The position numbers and the translations under genes are program-made. This document shows positions 15,001 to 27,800 of a stretch of DNA of 64,000 nt, in pieces. A model generated the notes under the pieces. It ran no database searches and was not told where the DNA came from. It saw only the letters and a program-made list of their open reading frames with translations. Source of the DNA: Eledone cirrhosa (Eukaryota); the NCBI GenBank assembly GCA_964016885.1, contig OZ024740.1:21266001-21330000 (forward strand), in the 5' to 3' direction. The first letter of the stretch is position 1. Every line of letters begins with the position of its first letter.

Positions 15001-18000
15001 TCTTGGACTACATTAGACAATGTACCATTACTTCTTTCAAGGTGATATTATCAGACAGTATATCTTGGACTACATTAGACAATGTACCATTCCTTCTTTC
15101 AATGTTATATTATCAGACAGTATATCTTCGACTACATTAGACAATATACCATTCCTTCTTTCAATGTGATATTATCAGACAGTATATCTTGGACAACATT
15201 AGACAATGTACCATTCTTTCTTTCAAGGTGATATTATCAGACAGTATATCTTGGACTACATTAGACAATGTACCATTCCTACTTTCAATGTGATATTATC
15301 AGACAGTATATCTTGGACTACATTAGACAATGTACCAGTCCTTCTTTCAATGTGATATTATCAGACAGTATATCATGGACTACATTATACAATGTACCAT
15401 TCCTTCTTTCAATGTCATATTATCAGACAGTATATCTTCGACTACATTAGACAATGTACCATTCCTTCTTTCAATATGATATTATCAAACAGTATATCTT
15501 GGACTACATTAGACAATGTATCGTTCCTTCTTTCAATGTGATATTATCAGACAGTATATCTTGGACTACATTAGACAATGTACCATTCCTTCTTTCAATG
15601 TGATATTAACAGACAGTATATCTTGGACTGCATTAGACAATGTACCATTCCTTCTTTCAAGGTGTTATTATCAGACAGTATATCTTGGACTACACTAGAC
15701 AATGTACCATTCCTTCTTTCAAGGTGATATTATCAGACAGTATATCTTGGACTAAATTAGACAATGTACTATTCCTTCTTTCAATGTCATATTATCAGTC
15801 AGTATATCTTGGACTTCATTAGACAATATACCATTCCTTCTTTCAATGTGATATTATCAGACAGTATATCTTGGACTACATTAGACAATGTACCATTCCT
15901 TCTTTCAAGGTGATATTATTAGACAGTATATCTTGGACTACATTAGACAATGTACCATTCCTTCTTTCAAGGTGATATTATCAGACAGTATATCTTGGAC
16001 TACATTAGACAATGTACCATTCCTTCTTTCAAGGTGATATTATCAGACAGTATATCTTGGACTACATTAGACAATGTACCATTCCTTCTTTCAATGTTAT
16101 ATTATCAGACAGTATATCTTCGACTACATTAGACAATATACCATTCCTTCTTTCAATTTGATATTATCAGACAGTATATCTTGGACAACATTAGACAATG
16201 TACCATTCTTTCTTTCAAGGTGATATTATCAGACAGTATATCTTGGACTACAATAGACAATGTACCATTCCTACTTTCAATGTGATATTATCAGACAGTA
16301 TATCTTGGACTACATTAGACAATGTACCATTCCTTCTTTCAATGTGATATTATCAGACAGTATATCATGGACAACATTATACAATGTACCATTCCTTCTT
16401 TCAATGTTATATTATCAGACTGTATATCTTGGACTACATTAGACAATATACCATTCCTTCTTTCAATGTGATATTATCAGACAGTATATCTTGGACTACA
16501 TTAGACAATGTACCATTCCTTCTTTCAATGTGATATTATCAGACAGTATATCTTGGACTACATTATACAATGTACCATTCCTTCTTTCAATGTTATATTA
16601 TCAGACTGTATATCTTGGACTACATTAGACAATATACCATTCCTTCTTTCAATGTGATATTATCAGACAGTATATCTTGGACTACATTAGTCAATGTACC
16701 ATTCTTTCTTTCAAGGTGATATTATCAGACAGTATATCTTGGACTACATTAGACGATGTACCATTCCTTCTTTCAATGTGATATTATCAGACAGTATAAC
16801 TTTGACTACATTAGACAAAGTACCATTCCTTCTTTCAATGTGATATTATCAGACAGTATATCTTGGACTACATTAGACAATGTACCATTCCTTCTTTAAA
16901 TGTGATATTATCAGACAGTATAACTTTGACTACATTAGACAAAGTACCATTACTTCTTTCAATATGATATTATCAGACAGTATATCTTGGACTTCATTAG
17001 ACAATGTACCATTCCTTCTTTCAATGGGATATTATAAGACAGTATATCTTGGACTACAATAGACAATGTACCATTCCTACTTTCAATGTGATATTATCAG
17101 ACAGTATATCTTGGACTACACTAGACAATGAACCATTCCTTCTTTCAAGGTGATATTAACAGACAGTATATCTTGGACTAAATTAGACAATGTACCATTC
17201 CTTCTTTCAATGTCATATTATCAGACAGTATATCTTGGACTTCATTAGACAATATACCATTCCTTCTTTCAATGTGATATTATCAGACAGTATATCTTGG
17301 ACTACATTAGACAATGTACCATTCCTTCTTTCAAGGTGATATTATCAGACAGTATATCTTGGACTACATTAGACAATGTACCATCCCTTCTTTCAATGTT
17401 ATATTATCAGACAGTATATCTTGGACTACATTAGACAATGTACCTTTCCTTCTTTCAATGTGATATTATCAGACAGTATATCTTGGACTTCATTAGACAA
17501 TGTACCATTCCTTCTTTCAATGGGATATTATAAGACAGTATATCTTGGACTACATTAGACAATAGACCATTCCTTCTTTCAATATGATATTATCAGACAG
17601 TATATCTTGGACTACGTTAGACAATGTACCATTCCTTCTTTCAATGTGATATTATCAGACAATATAACTTTGACTACATTAGACAAAGTACCATTCCTTC
17701 TTTCAATGTGATATTATCAGACAGTATATCTTGGACTACATTAGACAATGTACCATTCCTTCTTTCAATGTGATATTATCAGACAGTATAACTTTGACTA
17801 CATTAGACAAAGTACCATTACTTCTTTCAATGTGATATTATCAGACAGTATATCTTGGACTACATTAGACAATGTACCGTTCCTTCTTTCAATGTGATAT
17901 TATCAGACAGTATATCTTGGACTACATTAGACAATGTACCATTCCTTCTTTCAATATGATATTATCAGACAGTATATCTTGGACTACATTTGACAATGTA

Positions 18001-19008
18001 CCATTCCTTCTTTCAAGGTGATATTATCAGACAGTATATCTTGGACTACATTAGACAATGTACCATTCCTTCTTTCAATGGGATATTATCAGACAGTATA
18101 TCTTGGACTACATTAGACAATATACCATTCCTTCTTTCAATGTGATATTATCAGACAGTATATCTTGGACTACATTAGACAATGTACCATTCCTTCTTTC
18201 AATGTTATATTATCAGACAGTATATCTTGGACTACATTAGACAATGTACCTTTCCTTCTTTCAATGTGATATTATCAGACAGTATATCTTGGACTTCATT
18301 AGACAATGTACCATTCCTTTCAATGGGATACTATAAGACAGTATATCTTGGACTACATTAGACAATAGTCCATTCCTTCTTTCAATATGATATTATCAGA
18401 CAGTATATCTTGGACTACATTAGACAATGTACCATTCCTTCTTTCAAGGTTATTTTATCAGACAGTATATCTTGGACTACATTAGACAATGTATCGTTCC
18501 TTCTTTCAAGATGATATTATCAGACAGTATAACTTGGACTACATTAGACAATGTACCATTCCTTCTTTCAAGGTGATATTATCAGACAGTATATCTTGGA
18601 CTAGATTAGACAATGTACCACTCCTTCTTTCAATGTGATATTATCAGACAGTATATCTTGGACTACATTAGACAATGTACCATTCCTTCTGTCAATGTGA
18701 TATTATCAGACTGTCTAATGTAGTCCAAGATATACTGTCTGATAATATCACATTGAAAGAAGGAATGGTACATTGTCTAATGTAGTCCAAGATATACTAT
18801 GTACCATTCCTTCTTTCAATGTCATATTATCAGACAGTATATCTTGGACTACATTAGTCAATGTACCATTCCTTCTTTCAATGTGATATTATCAGACAGT
18901 ATATCTTGGACTACATTAGACAATGTACCATTTCTTCTTTCAAGGTTATATTATCAGACAGTATATCTTGGACTACATTAGAGAATGTATCGTTCCATCT
19001 TTCAAGGT
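1..19008. repeat. 62-bp satellite array (about 300 monomers; continues off the window's left edge)
   Basis: Head-to-tail consensus GACAATGTACCATTCCTTCTTTCAATGTGATATTATCAGACAGTATATCTTGGACTACATTA (62 nt) with recurring point variants. Diagnostic variants recur at 3,658 bp (59 x 62), e.g. 183/3841 and 2103/5761. The array ends abruptly at ...ttcaaggt 19008. Confidence 0.98.
3124..3210 (-). repeat. 87-bp in-place inversion of the 62-bp satellite (further copies at 6782-6868, 8208-8294, 11771-~11857 altered, 12887-12973, 14313-14399, 18712-18798; a different short inversion at 9586-9614)
   Basis: The segment tgtctaatg...aagatatact is the exact reverse complement of the 87 nt expected at that position. 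The flanks resume in register. Confidence 0.95.
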
Positions 19009-19238
19009 ATATTCAATGGCTGTCATATTTGTTGTTATACAAACTGTGTCTGTTGGTACTACTGAAAGGTTGAATTGTTTACTTAACAATGCCGAGATCT
19101 TGAGTACAATTCCAACACTGGGTCGCTTGCGCAAGAATTGAAATGAAGCTTGGTGGACAGAAATTGTGTGGAAGCCCCGTCGGATATATACACACTAATA
19201 TTTCCATTAAACATTATTATAATTCTTATACCATACCT

Positions 19239-19429
19239 AGGGAAAGGCAATGGCCGATACAGCTTGGCAGCAGTGACGTCACAATTTGTTTCTACAGCTG
19301 AGTGAACTGGAGCAACGTGATATAAAGTGTCTTGCTCAAGGAAACAACACATCACGCGGTCTGAGAATTGAACTCACATCCTTTCGATTGTAAGCCCAAT
19401 GCTCGAACCACTAAACCATGAGCCTTCAC
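19239..19429 (-). mobile_element. tRNA-derived SINE
   Basis: Minus strand starts gtgaaggctca, then A-box-like TGGTTTAGTGG, B-box-like GAGTTCAATTC, and the central block ttccttgagcaagacacttt...ttgctccagttcactcagctg. A related copy lies at 58.7-58.9 kb. Confidence 0.8.
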
Positions 19430-19636
19430 TAAGCCATGTACCTGGGAATTAAGTTAAAATTATATTTGTCAGGAAAATATTCATCCAGTCTTTTATTCAG
19501 ATATTTTCTATCTTCAACTGTTATTCAACGTGTTCCTTCATATTTTAAATAACATGGTGTGAGTTGAAAGATATTTAGCTGCTATTTCTAGCATGTTGAG
19601 TGACTGTGTAGAAATCCCTTCGTTGACTCGTTAATA

Positions 19637-19746
19637 TTGTTGTTGTTGTTGTTGTTAGTGGTGGTGGTGTTTGTGGTGGTGTGGTGGTAGTGGTAGTGGT
19701 GGTGGTAGTGGTGGTCGTGGTGGTGGTAGTGGTGGTGGTTGTGGTG
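19637..19746. repeat. (TTG)n/(GTG)n microsatellite
   Basis: Trinucleotide tract seen directly. Confidence 0.9.
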
Positions 19747-19815
19747 TATAAAATTAAGTTAGCCTCGATTAAAGTTGGCCCAGCATTAAATATCTCGTCT
19801 TTCTATAAACAAAAC

Positions 19816-20020
19816 TACGAGAGTCGGTTGAAAAGTTCATAATATGACCAATATACTCTCATGGAATGACCAAATGGGGTTATTTTTTCAACATAGTCCC
19901 TGGAAAGAGACAATGTAGTTATTAATAAGAAGAGTTGAAATTAATGCATGCAAGATTTCACAGCTCTAGCATCACTCCTTCATAGTCAACCTCTGAACTT
20001 TTCAGTACATTACCCAGTGT
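19816..20020. mobile_element. Degenerate mariner-like non-autonomous element (MITE remnant)
   Basis: Left end TACGAGAGTCGGTTGAAAAGTTCA resembles mariner TIRs. The inverted match TGAACTTTTCA is at 19994-20004, but the outer part of the right TIR is decayed. Confidence 0.4.
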
Positions 20021-20436
20021 TTGACGAGAACAAGTCAATGGTGGTAAAATAGGTGCGTGATTTGAGGAATATTTAGTGGCTATTTCAAGTAGATCTAACG
20101 ATTACATAGATGTTGGCTGCTACTGTCGTCGCGGTTGTGTTAGGACTAAGTTAAAGTCTATGGCAAACCCAGAGGCCGACAATGATGGGGCTGATCCCGG
20201 TTTCATTGGCGTTAAGAGATACAAACTTCAGATTGTATTGGGATTGCACTATACTTGATGCAGAATGGTGGGGAATTATCAATAAAAAGAAAACCATTTT
20301 TCCAGGGCAATTCCTTAGCTGAATCTATGGATAAGGTAGTCTATCGAACTTAGAAGCGTTTCAGTCAAGAAAAAGGAGTCGGGTTAGAGATATTGAGAAT
20401 GATCTACTAAAAATAGATAACTACCTCTTAAAATAA

Positions 20437-20568
20437 TTGTTTCTACTTTTGGCACAAGGCCAGCAATTACTCAGTACATTACTGGTACTTTATTTTATCG
20501 ACTCCGTAAGGATGAAAGGCAAAGTTAACCTCAATGGGATTTGAACTCACATCGTAAAGGGACGTAAC
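20437..20568 (-). mobile_element. SINE body fragment
   Basis: ctggtactttattttatcgac...ggatgaaaggcaaagttaacctc..ggatttgaactc, ending in a reverse B-box-like motif. It shares ctggtactt..tttt with the fragment at 57.5 kb. Confidence 0.55.
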
Positions 20569-20569
20569 G

Positions 20570-20910
20570 ACCTCTCAAAATAAAGAAAAAATATCAGTTA
20601 TTTGGACACTGGGTCATACAGATATTAAAGGAAATAGGAAAGCAGACGAATTAGCAAAAGAGGGAGTACAAAGGGAAATAATAGATATAGACTACATTCC
20701 AAATCATTCGCAGGTAAAATTATTTAACAAACAAATAATTAATCAAAGGTGGGAAACATGTTGGGAAAAATCATAAATTTCAATCCTCGACTTTCTCTAC
20801 CAGATTGACAACATTCAAAACTTATCGATCATTGAGTAATGAAAAAAAAAAAAAAAAAGACTACGTTGACTTCGAACTGGACATATACCTTTCAAATACA
20901 TTCTGTGAAG
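20570..20910 (+). pseudogene. RNase H / C-terminal remnant of an I-group (I/Nimb/Ingi/Loa-type) non-LTR retrotransposon
   Basis: Manual translation from 20591: ISVIWTLGHTDIKGNRKADELAKRG...NQRWETCWEKS*, matching WxxGHxxIxGNExADxLAK. Downstream LR*LRTGH at 20861-20884 matches the RLRTGH motif. Not shown in the ORF track. Confidence 0.8.
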
Positions 20911-20944
20911 AACGGGTCATAGATAAATTGATGAAGTAAATTAA

Positions 20945-21089
20945 TAAATAAGTCACTGACAGTGAATTAGAGTGATATGAAATGAACTATAATGCTCAAG
21001 AACACAACGCGCTGTCTGGTCCTGAAATCGGACCCGCAACCCTACGGTGGTAAAAGAAACAGCCTAACTTTTAGGACGCATACATTCAC
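20945..21089 (-). mobile_element. Highly diverged tRNA-derived SINE
   Basis: Colinear with the 19.24-19.43 kb SINE (gtgaa..aga..tgaaatgaa...tgctcaagaacacaac...ttcac), but the A/B boxes are decayed. Confidence 0.5.
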
Positions 21090-21217
21090 TGTGTTGTGCT
21101 GCTGTTATATAAAGGTCACCCACAGGGCAGGAATAAACGGGGGTGGTGGTGGCAATTTTTCTCTGTTGTCTCCGTTGATTTAAAATTAAAACCAGAATTA
21201 GTCGTATAGTTTAATGT

Positions 21218-22586
21218 GACCCTCACCCATCCTATTTTATAACATATTGAGACTCTCCAACCCATCCTATATATTTCATAACATATTGAGACCCCAACCT
21301 ACATATTTTATAACATATTGAGACCCCAACCTATATATTTTATAAAATATTTAGACCCTCCAACCTACATATTTTATAACATATTGAGACCCTCCAACCT
21401 ATATATTTTATAACATATTGAGACCCTCCAACCTATATATTTTATAACATATTGAGACCCCAACCTACATATTTTATAACATATTGAGACCCCAACCTAC
21501 ATATTTTATAACATATTGAGACCCCAACCTACATATTTTATAACATATTGAGACCACAACCTATATATTTTATAAAATATTGAGACCCCAACCTATATAT
21601 TTTATAAAATATTGAGACCACAACCTATATATTTTATAACATATTGAGACCCAAACCTACATATTTTATAACATATTGAGACCCTCCAATCTATATATTT
21701 TATAACATATTGAGACCCCAACCTACATATTTTATAACATATTGAGACCCCAAACTATATATTTTATAACATATTGAGACCCCAACCTATATATTTTATA
21801 ACATATTGAGACCCAAACCTACATATTTTATAACATATTGAGACCCTCCAATCTATATATTTTATAACATATTGAGACCCCAACCTACATATTTTATAAC
21901 ATATTGAGACCCCAACCTATATATTTTATAACATATTCAGACCCTCCAAACTATATATTTTATAACATATTGAGACCCCAACCTACATATTTTATAACAT
22001 ATTGAGACCCCAACAAATATATTTTATAACATATTGAGACCCCAACCTACATATTTTATAACATATTGAGACCCCAACCTATATATTTTATAACATATCG
22101 AGTCCCCAACCTATATATTTTATAACACATTGAGACCCCAACCTACATATTTTATAAAATATTGAGACCCTCCAACCTACATATTTTATAACATATTGAG
22201 ACCCTCCAACCTACATATTTTATAACATATCGAGTCCCCAACCTATATATTTTATAACATATTGAGACCCCAACCTATATATTTTATAACATATTGAGAC
22301 CCCAACATATATATTTTATAACATATTCAGACCCTCCAACCTATATATTTTATAACATATTGAGACGTCAACCTAAATATTTTATAACATATTGAGACCC
22401 AAACCTACATATTTTATAACATACTGAGACCCCAACCTATATATTTTATAAAATATTTAGACCCTCCAACCTACATATTTTATAACATATTGAGACCCCA
22501 AACTACATATTTTATAACATATTGAGACGTCAACCTAAATATTTTATAACATATTGAGACCCAAACCTATATATCTTATAACATAT
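21218..22586. repeat. 32-bp satellite, left segment
   Basis: Consensus CATATTTTATAACATATTGAGACCCCAACCTA (32 nt), with 34-nt variants such as gaccctccaac. Confidence 0.97.
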
Positions 22587-22594
22587 CAGCATCA

Positions 22595-24539
22595 GTGCCA
22601 CGGAAGCGGAAAAATAACCACCCCAAAAGTGCAATCTGGGAAACTTCAGTGGTCCGACTAGCCAGGAAAGAACGTCGGAATGCTGAACGGGAATATAAAC
22701 TGCATAAATCAGATGCCAACAGAAAAAAGCGGAATAAATCTTCTAACCATCTCAAGCAAGTGACAAAGAAGGGAGTGCTTGAATTTGAACAGTGCATCGC
22801 AACCAATCCTGACAGTAAGGTGTTCTGGAAATATGTTCATTCAAAGCAGAGACCTCACTCTCCAGTTGGTCCTCTTCGCAATCCCCACACAAGCCAGATC
22901 ACTGATGATCCCAAGGAATGCGCAGAACTCATTGCTGAGTGCTATGCAAGTATTTTTAATGTTGAAAACCAGAATGTACCATCTCCACCATCTCTAACAT
23001 CAAATTCCATAACAACTATGGAATTTACACCTGCAATGTTGCGACGTCACCTTAAGAATAAGCGCAACTATGCCTCCCCTGGTCTTGATGGTGTGACATA
23101 CCTGCTTCTCAAACGTGGCGGGTATTTCCTTTTGCGCCAGCTTTCTTTCTTCTTTCAATACTGTCTCAACAATGGTGCTACTCCGGAGCAGTGGAAAACT
23201 GCCAGTGTCATTCCCCTGTTCAAAAAGGGCAACCGCATGTCACCTGTCAACTCTTCGTCCAGTCAGTCTTACTAGCTGTATGGCCAAACTGATGGAATCC
23301 TGTGTCAGAGAAACACTTTGGAACTTCTGGAGCTCTCACAGCCTTATCCGGCCCTCACAGTTTGGATTTATCCCTAACTCCAGCTGCTGTGATCAGCTTA
23401 TCGAGTTCCTTGAGGACATCACCCGGATCACTGACAGCGGCTCATGGGTGGATGTTGTTTACCTTGACTTTGCTAAGGCTTTTAATTCTGTGCCACACAA
23501 AAGGCTTATGGCAAAACTCTCTGCAATGGGTGTGAGGGATGATCTTTTCGACTGGTTGAAATCCTTCATTCTCAGCCGAAAAGAAGTAGTCACGGTTCTG
23601 GGTCAGCATTCTTCACCATATGAGATGTCATCTGGTGTACCACAGGGATCTGTTCTTGGTCCTCTTTTGTTTGTGGCATATATTAATGACATAGATGCCA
23701 ACTTACAGAATGCCATGGTACTAAAATATGCAGATGACATCAAGCTGTACCTTGAAATCAAAAGGACTGATCCTGAAATTTACAACTCTTTCCTACAATC
23801 AGACCTGGACACAATGCAGCAATGGATCACAGACTGGCAACTGAAGCTGGCTGTGGACAAGTGTACCACCATGCATTTTGGAAGGAAAAATCCAGCGTCC
23901 ACATACTCCCTCCACAACACTGATATCAAAAAGTCCTCTTGTGAACGTGACCTGGGCATTACTGTCAGCAACGATTTGCGTTGGACAAAGCATGTCTCTA
24001 AGATTGTCAAGAAGGCCGAGGGTGTCTTGGCATCACTCAGCAAGACCTTTGTTAGCCGCTCTCCAGCCATCTATTTAAAACTGTATACAGCTATGGTGCG
24101 AACACACTTGGAATTCGCATCATCAGTCTGGAACCCCTATCTTGCCCAGAACATTGACCTCCTGGAAACTGTTCAGAGACGTGCAACCAAGCGCATACCC
24201 TCCATCAGACACCTACCATACTCTGAACGCCTTGCTTCCCTGGGCATGGATTCATTGAAGCTCCGACGTCTGGCAATGGACTTGGTGAATACCCACAAAG
24301 TTTTTAACCATCTCGCCAATTGCAACCCTGAGCGCCTCTTTGATCTCCATGTGTCTAACACACGTGGACATGCCTACAAAATCAGAAAACAGCACAGCTC
24401 CCATGACTTTCGTAGACATTTTTTCACGCTAAGAGTTGCTGAAGCATGGAACAAACTGCCTGCGTCAATTGTTAGCTGCCGAGACACTGCATCCTTTAAG
24501 ACACTCATGCTTCCCGAAATACGCCAAAACTACACCTGA
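22595..24539 (+). pseudogene. LINE ORF2 reverse transcriptase (CR1-like), N-terminally truncated, one frameshift near 23250
   Basis: Motifs SPGLDG, VIPLFKKG, (NY)RPVSLTS split by the frameshift, QFGF, YLDFAKAF, SGVPQGSVLGPLLF, YADD, ERDLGI, VQRRATK, and C-terminal TRGH...FFTLRV..WNKLP typical of CR1. Confidence 0.92.
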
Positions 24540-24572
24540 TGTACCCCTTCCATACACATGCACACAAGTGTG

Positions 24573-24830
24573 TATCATGACTTGTGCACTGTTCATTTTA
24601 CTGATGTTTGTGCATTGCCCTATGTACTGTACATGCACTTTTTTGATGAGTTGTGGTGCACCTGGGCACTGTACACAATATTTCATTATTGTTATTGTTA
24701 TTATATCATGACTCATACACTGTTCATTTTCCTGACACTTTATTATTCTATGTACTATACATGCACCTTTGATGAGTTGTAGTGCACCTGAGCACTATAC
24801 ACAATAATTTCATTATTATTATTATTATTA
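24573..24830 (+). repeat. Tandemly duplicated LINE 3' end (two ~131-bp units)
   Basis: Units start tatcatgact at 24573 and 24704. Each has tttgatgagttgt(g/a)gtgcacctg(g/a)gcact(g/a)tacacaata followed by an ATT-rich tail. Confidence 0.85.
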
Positions 24831-27800
24831 TATTGAGACCCCAACAAATATATTTTATAACATATTGAGACCCCAACCTACATATTTTATAACATATTGA
24901 GACCCCAACCTATATATTTTATAACTTATTCAGACCCTCCAACCTATATATTTTATAACATATTGAGACCCCAACCTACATATTTTATAACATATTGAGA
25001 CCCCAACCTACATATTTTATAACATATTGAGACCCACCAACTTATATATTTTATAACATATTGAGACACCAACCTACATATTTTATAACATATTGAGACA
25101 CGAACATATATATTTTATAACATATTGAGACCCACCAACTTATATATTTTATAACATATTGAGACACCAACCTACATATTTTATAACATATTGAGACACG
25201 AACATATATATTTTATAAGATATTGAGACCCTCCAACCTATATATTTTATAACATATTGAGACCATCCAACCAACATATTTCATAACATATTGAGACCCC
25301 AACCTATATATTTTATAACATATTCAGACCCTCCAACCTATATATTTTATAACATATTGAGACCCCAACCTACATATTATATAACATATTGAGACCCCAA
25401 CCTATATATTTTATAACATATTGAGACCCCAACCTATATATTTTATAACATATTGAGACCCAAACCTACATATTTTATAACATATTGAGACTCCAACCTA
25501 CATATTATATAACATATTGAGACCCCAACCTACATATTTTATAACATATTGAGACCCCAAACTACATATTTTATAACATATTGAGACCCCAACCTACATA
25601 TTTTATAACATATTGAGACCCAAACCTACATATTTTATAACATAATGAGACCTCAACCTATATATTTTATAACATATTGAGACCCCAACCTACATATTTT
25701 ATAACATATTGAGACCCCAACCTACATATTTTATAACATATTGAGACCCGAACCTATATATTTTATGACATATTGAGACCCCTACCTACATATTTTATAA
25801 CATATTGAGACTCCAACCTACATATTTTATAACATATTGAGACCCCAACCTACATATTTTATAACATATTGAGACCCCAACCTATATATTTTATAACATA
25901 TTGAGACCCAAACCTACATATTTTATAACATATTGAGACTCCAACCTACATATTTTATAACATATTGAGTCCCAAACCTACATATTTTATAATATATTGA
26001 GACCCAAACCTACATATTTTATAACATATTGAGACTCCAACCTATATATTTTATAACATATTGAGACTCCAACCTACATATTTTATAACATATTGGGACG
26101 CCAACCTACATATTTTATAACATATTGAGACTCCAACCTATATATTTTATAACATATTGAGACCCAAACCTACATATTTTATAACATATTGAGACCCAAA
26201 CCTACATATTTTATAACATATTGAGCCTCCAACCTACATATTTTATAACATATTGAGACTCCAACCTACATATTTTATAACATATTGAGACCCAAACCTA
26301 CATATTTTATATCATATTGAGACTCCAACCTACATATTTTATAACATATTGAGACCCCAACCTATATATTTTATAACATATTGAGACCCCAACCTATATA
26401 TTTTATAACATATTAAGACCCCAAACTACATATTTTATAACATATTGAGACCCCAACCTACATATTTTATGACATATTGAAACCCCAACTTGCATATTTT
26501 ATAACATATTGAGACCCCAACCTACATATTTTATAACATATTGAGACCACAACCTATATATTTTATAACATATTGAGACCCCAACCTATATATTTTATAA
26601 AATATTTAGACCCTCCAACCTACATATTTTATAACATATTGAGACCCCAAACTACATATTTTATAACATATTGAGACTCCAACCTACATATTTTATAACA
26701 TATTGAGACGCCAACCTATATATATTATAACATGTTGAGACCCCAACCTACATATTTCATAACATATTGAGACCCCAAACAACATATTTTATAAAATATT
26801 GAGACACTCCAACCCACATATTTTATAACATATTGAGACCACAACCTATATATTTTATAACATATTGAGACCCCAACCTACATATTTTATAACATTGTGA
26901 CCCCAACCTATATATTTTATAACATATTGAGACCCTCCAACCTACATATTTTATAACATATTGAGCCCCCAACCTATATATTTTATAACATATTGAGACC
27001 CCAACCTATATATTTTATAACATATTGAGACCCCAACCTACATATTTTATAACATATTGAGACCCCAAACTATATATTTTATAACATATTGAAACCCCAA
27101 CCTATATATTTTATAACATATTCAGACCCCCCAACCTATATATTTTATAACATATTGAGACCCCAACCTACATATTTTATAACATATTGAGACCCCAAAC
27201 TATATATTTTATAACATATTGAGATCCCAACCTATATATTTTATAACATTTGAGACCCCAACCTACATATTGTATAACATATTGAGACCCAAATCTACAT
27301 ATTTTATAACATATTGAGACCCCAACCTACATATTGTATAACATATTGAGATCCCAAACTACATATTATATAACATATTGAGAGCCCAACCTATATATTT
27401 TATGACATATTGAGACCCCAACCTCCATATTTTATAACATATTGAGACTCCAACCTACATATTTTATAACATATTGAGACGTCAACCTATTTATTTTATA
27501 AAATATTGAGACCCCTACCTACATATTTTATAACATATTGAGACCCCAAACTATATATTTTATAACATATTGAGACCCCAAACTATATATGTTATAACAT
27601 ATTGAGACCTCAACCTATATATTTTATAACATATTGAGACCCCAACCTACATATTTTATAACATATTGAGACCCCAAACTATATATTTTATAACATATTG
27701 AGACCCCAACCTATATATTTTATAACATATTGAGACACCAACCTACATATTTTATAACATATTGAGACCCAAATCTACATATTTTATAACATATTGAGAC

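Larger units (their letters stand above)
22587..24830 (+). mobile_element. 5'-truncated CR1-type LINE inserted in the 32-bp satellite
   Basis: RT-coding region followed by a 3' UTR with a stem-loop (tgtagtgc-acctga-gcactata) and an (ATT)n tail at 24812-24830. Satellite sequence lies on both sides. No ORF1 or APE endonuclease. Confidence 0.93.

Noticed and set aside
19007-19070. Possible small hydrophobic exon (VYSMAVIFVVIQTVSVG) just after the satellite
   Set aside because: AAG acceptor supplied by a satellite monomer, weak donor, and no recognisable homology. Needs RNA-seq.
7-19141. Dozens of 60-83 aa ORFs (MYHSFFQ...)
   Set aside because: They are readings of three consecutive 62-bp monomers cycling through the frames. 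No coding evidence.
19350-19429. tRNA gene (also 58810-58886)
   Set aside because: A and B boxes are present, but there is no full cloverleaf and a SINE body follows.
24768-24812. TTGATGA followed by a hairpin in the LINE 3' UTR as a hammerhead
   Set aside because: No GAAA after the stem. It is explained as the LINE 3' recognition stem-loop.
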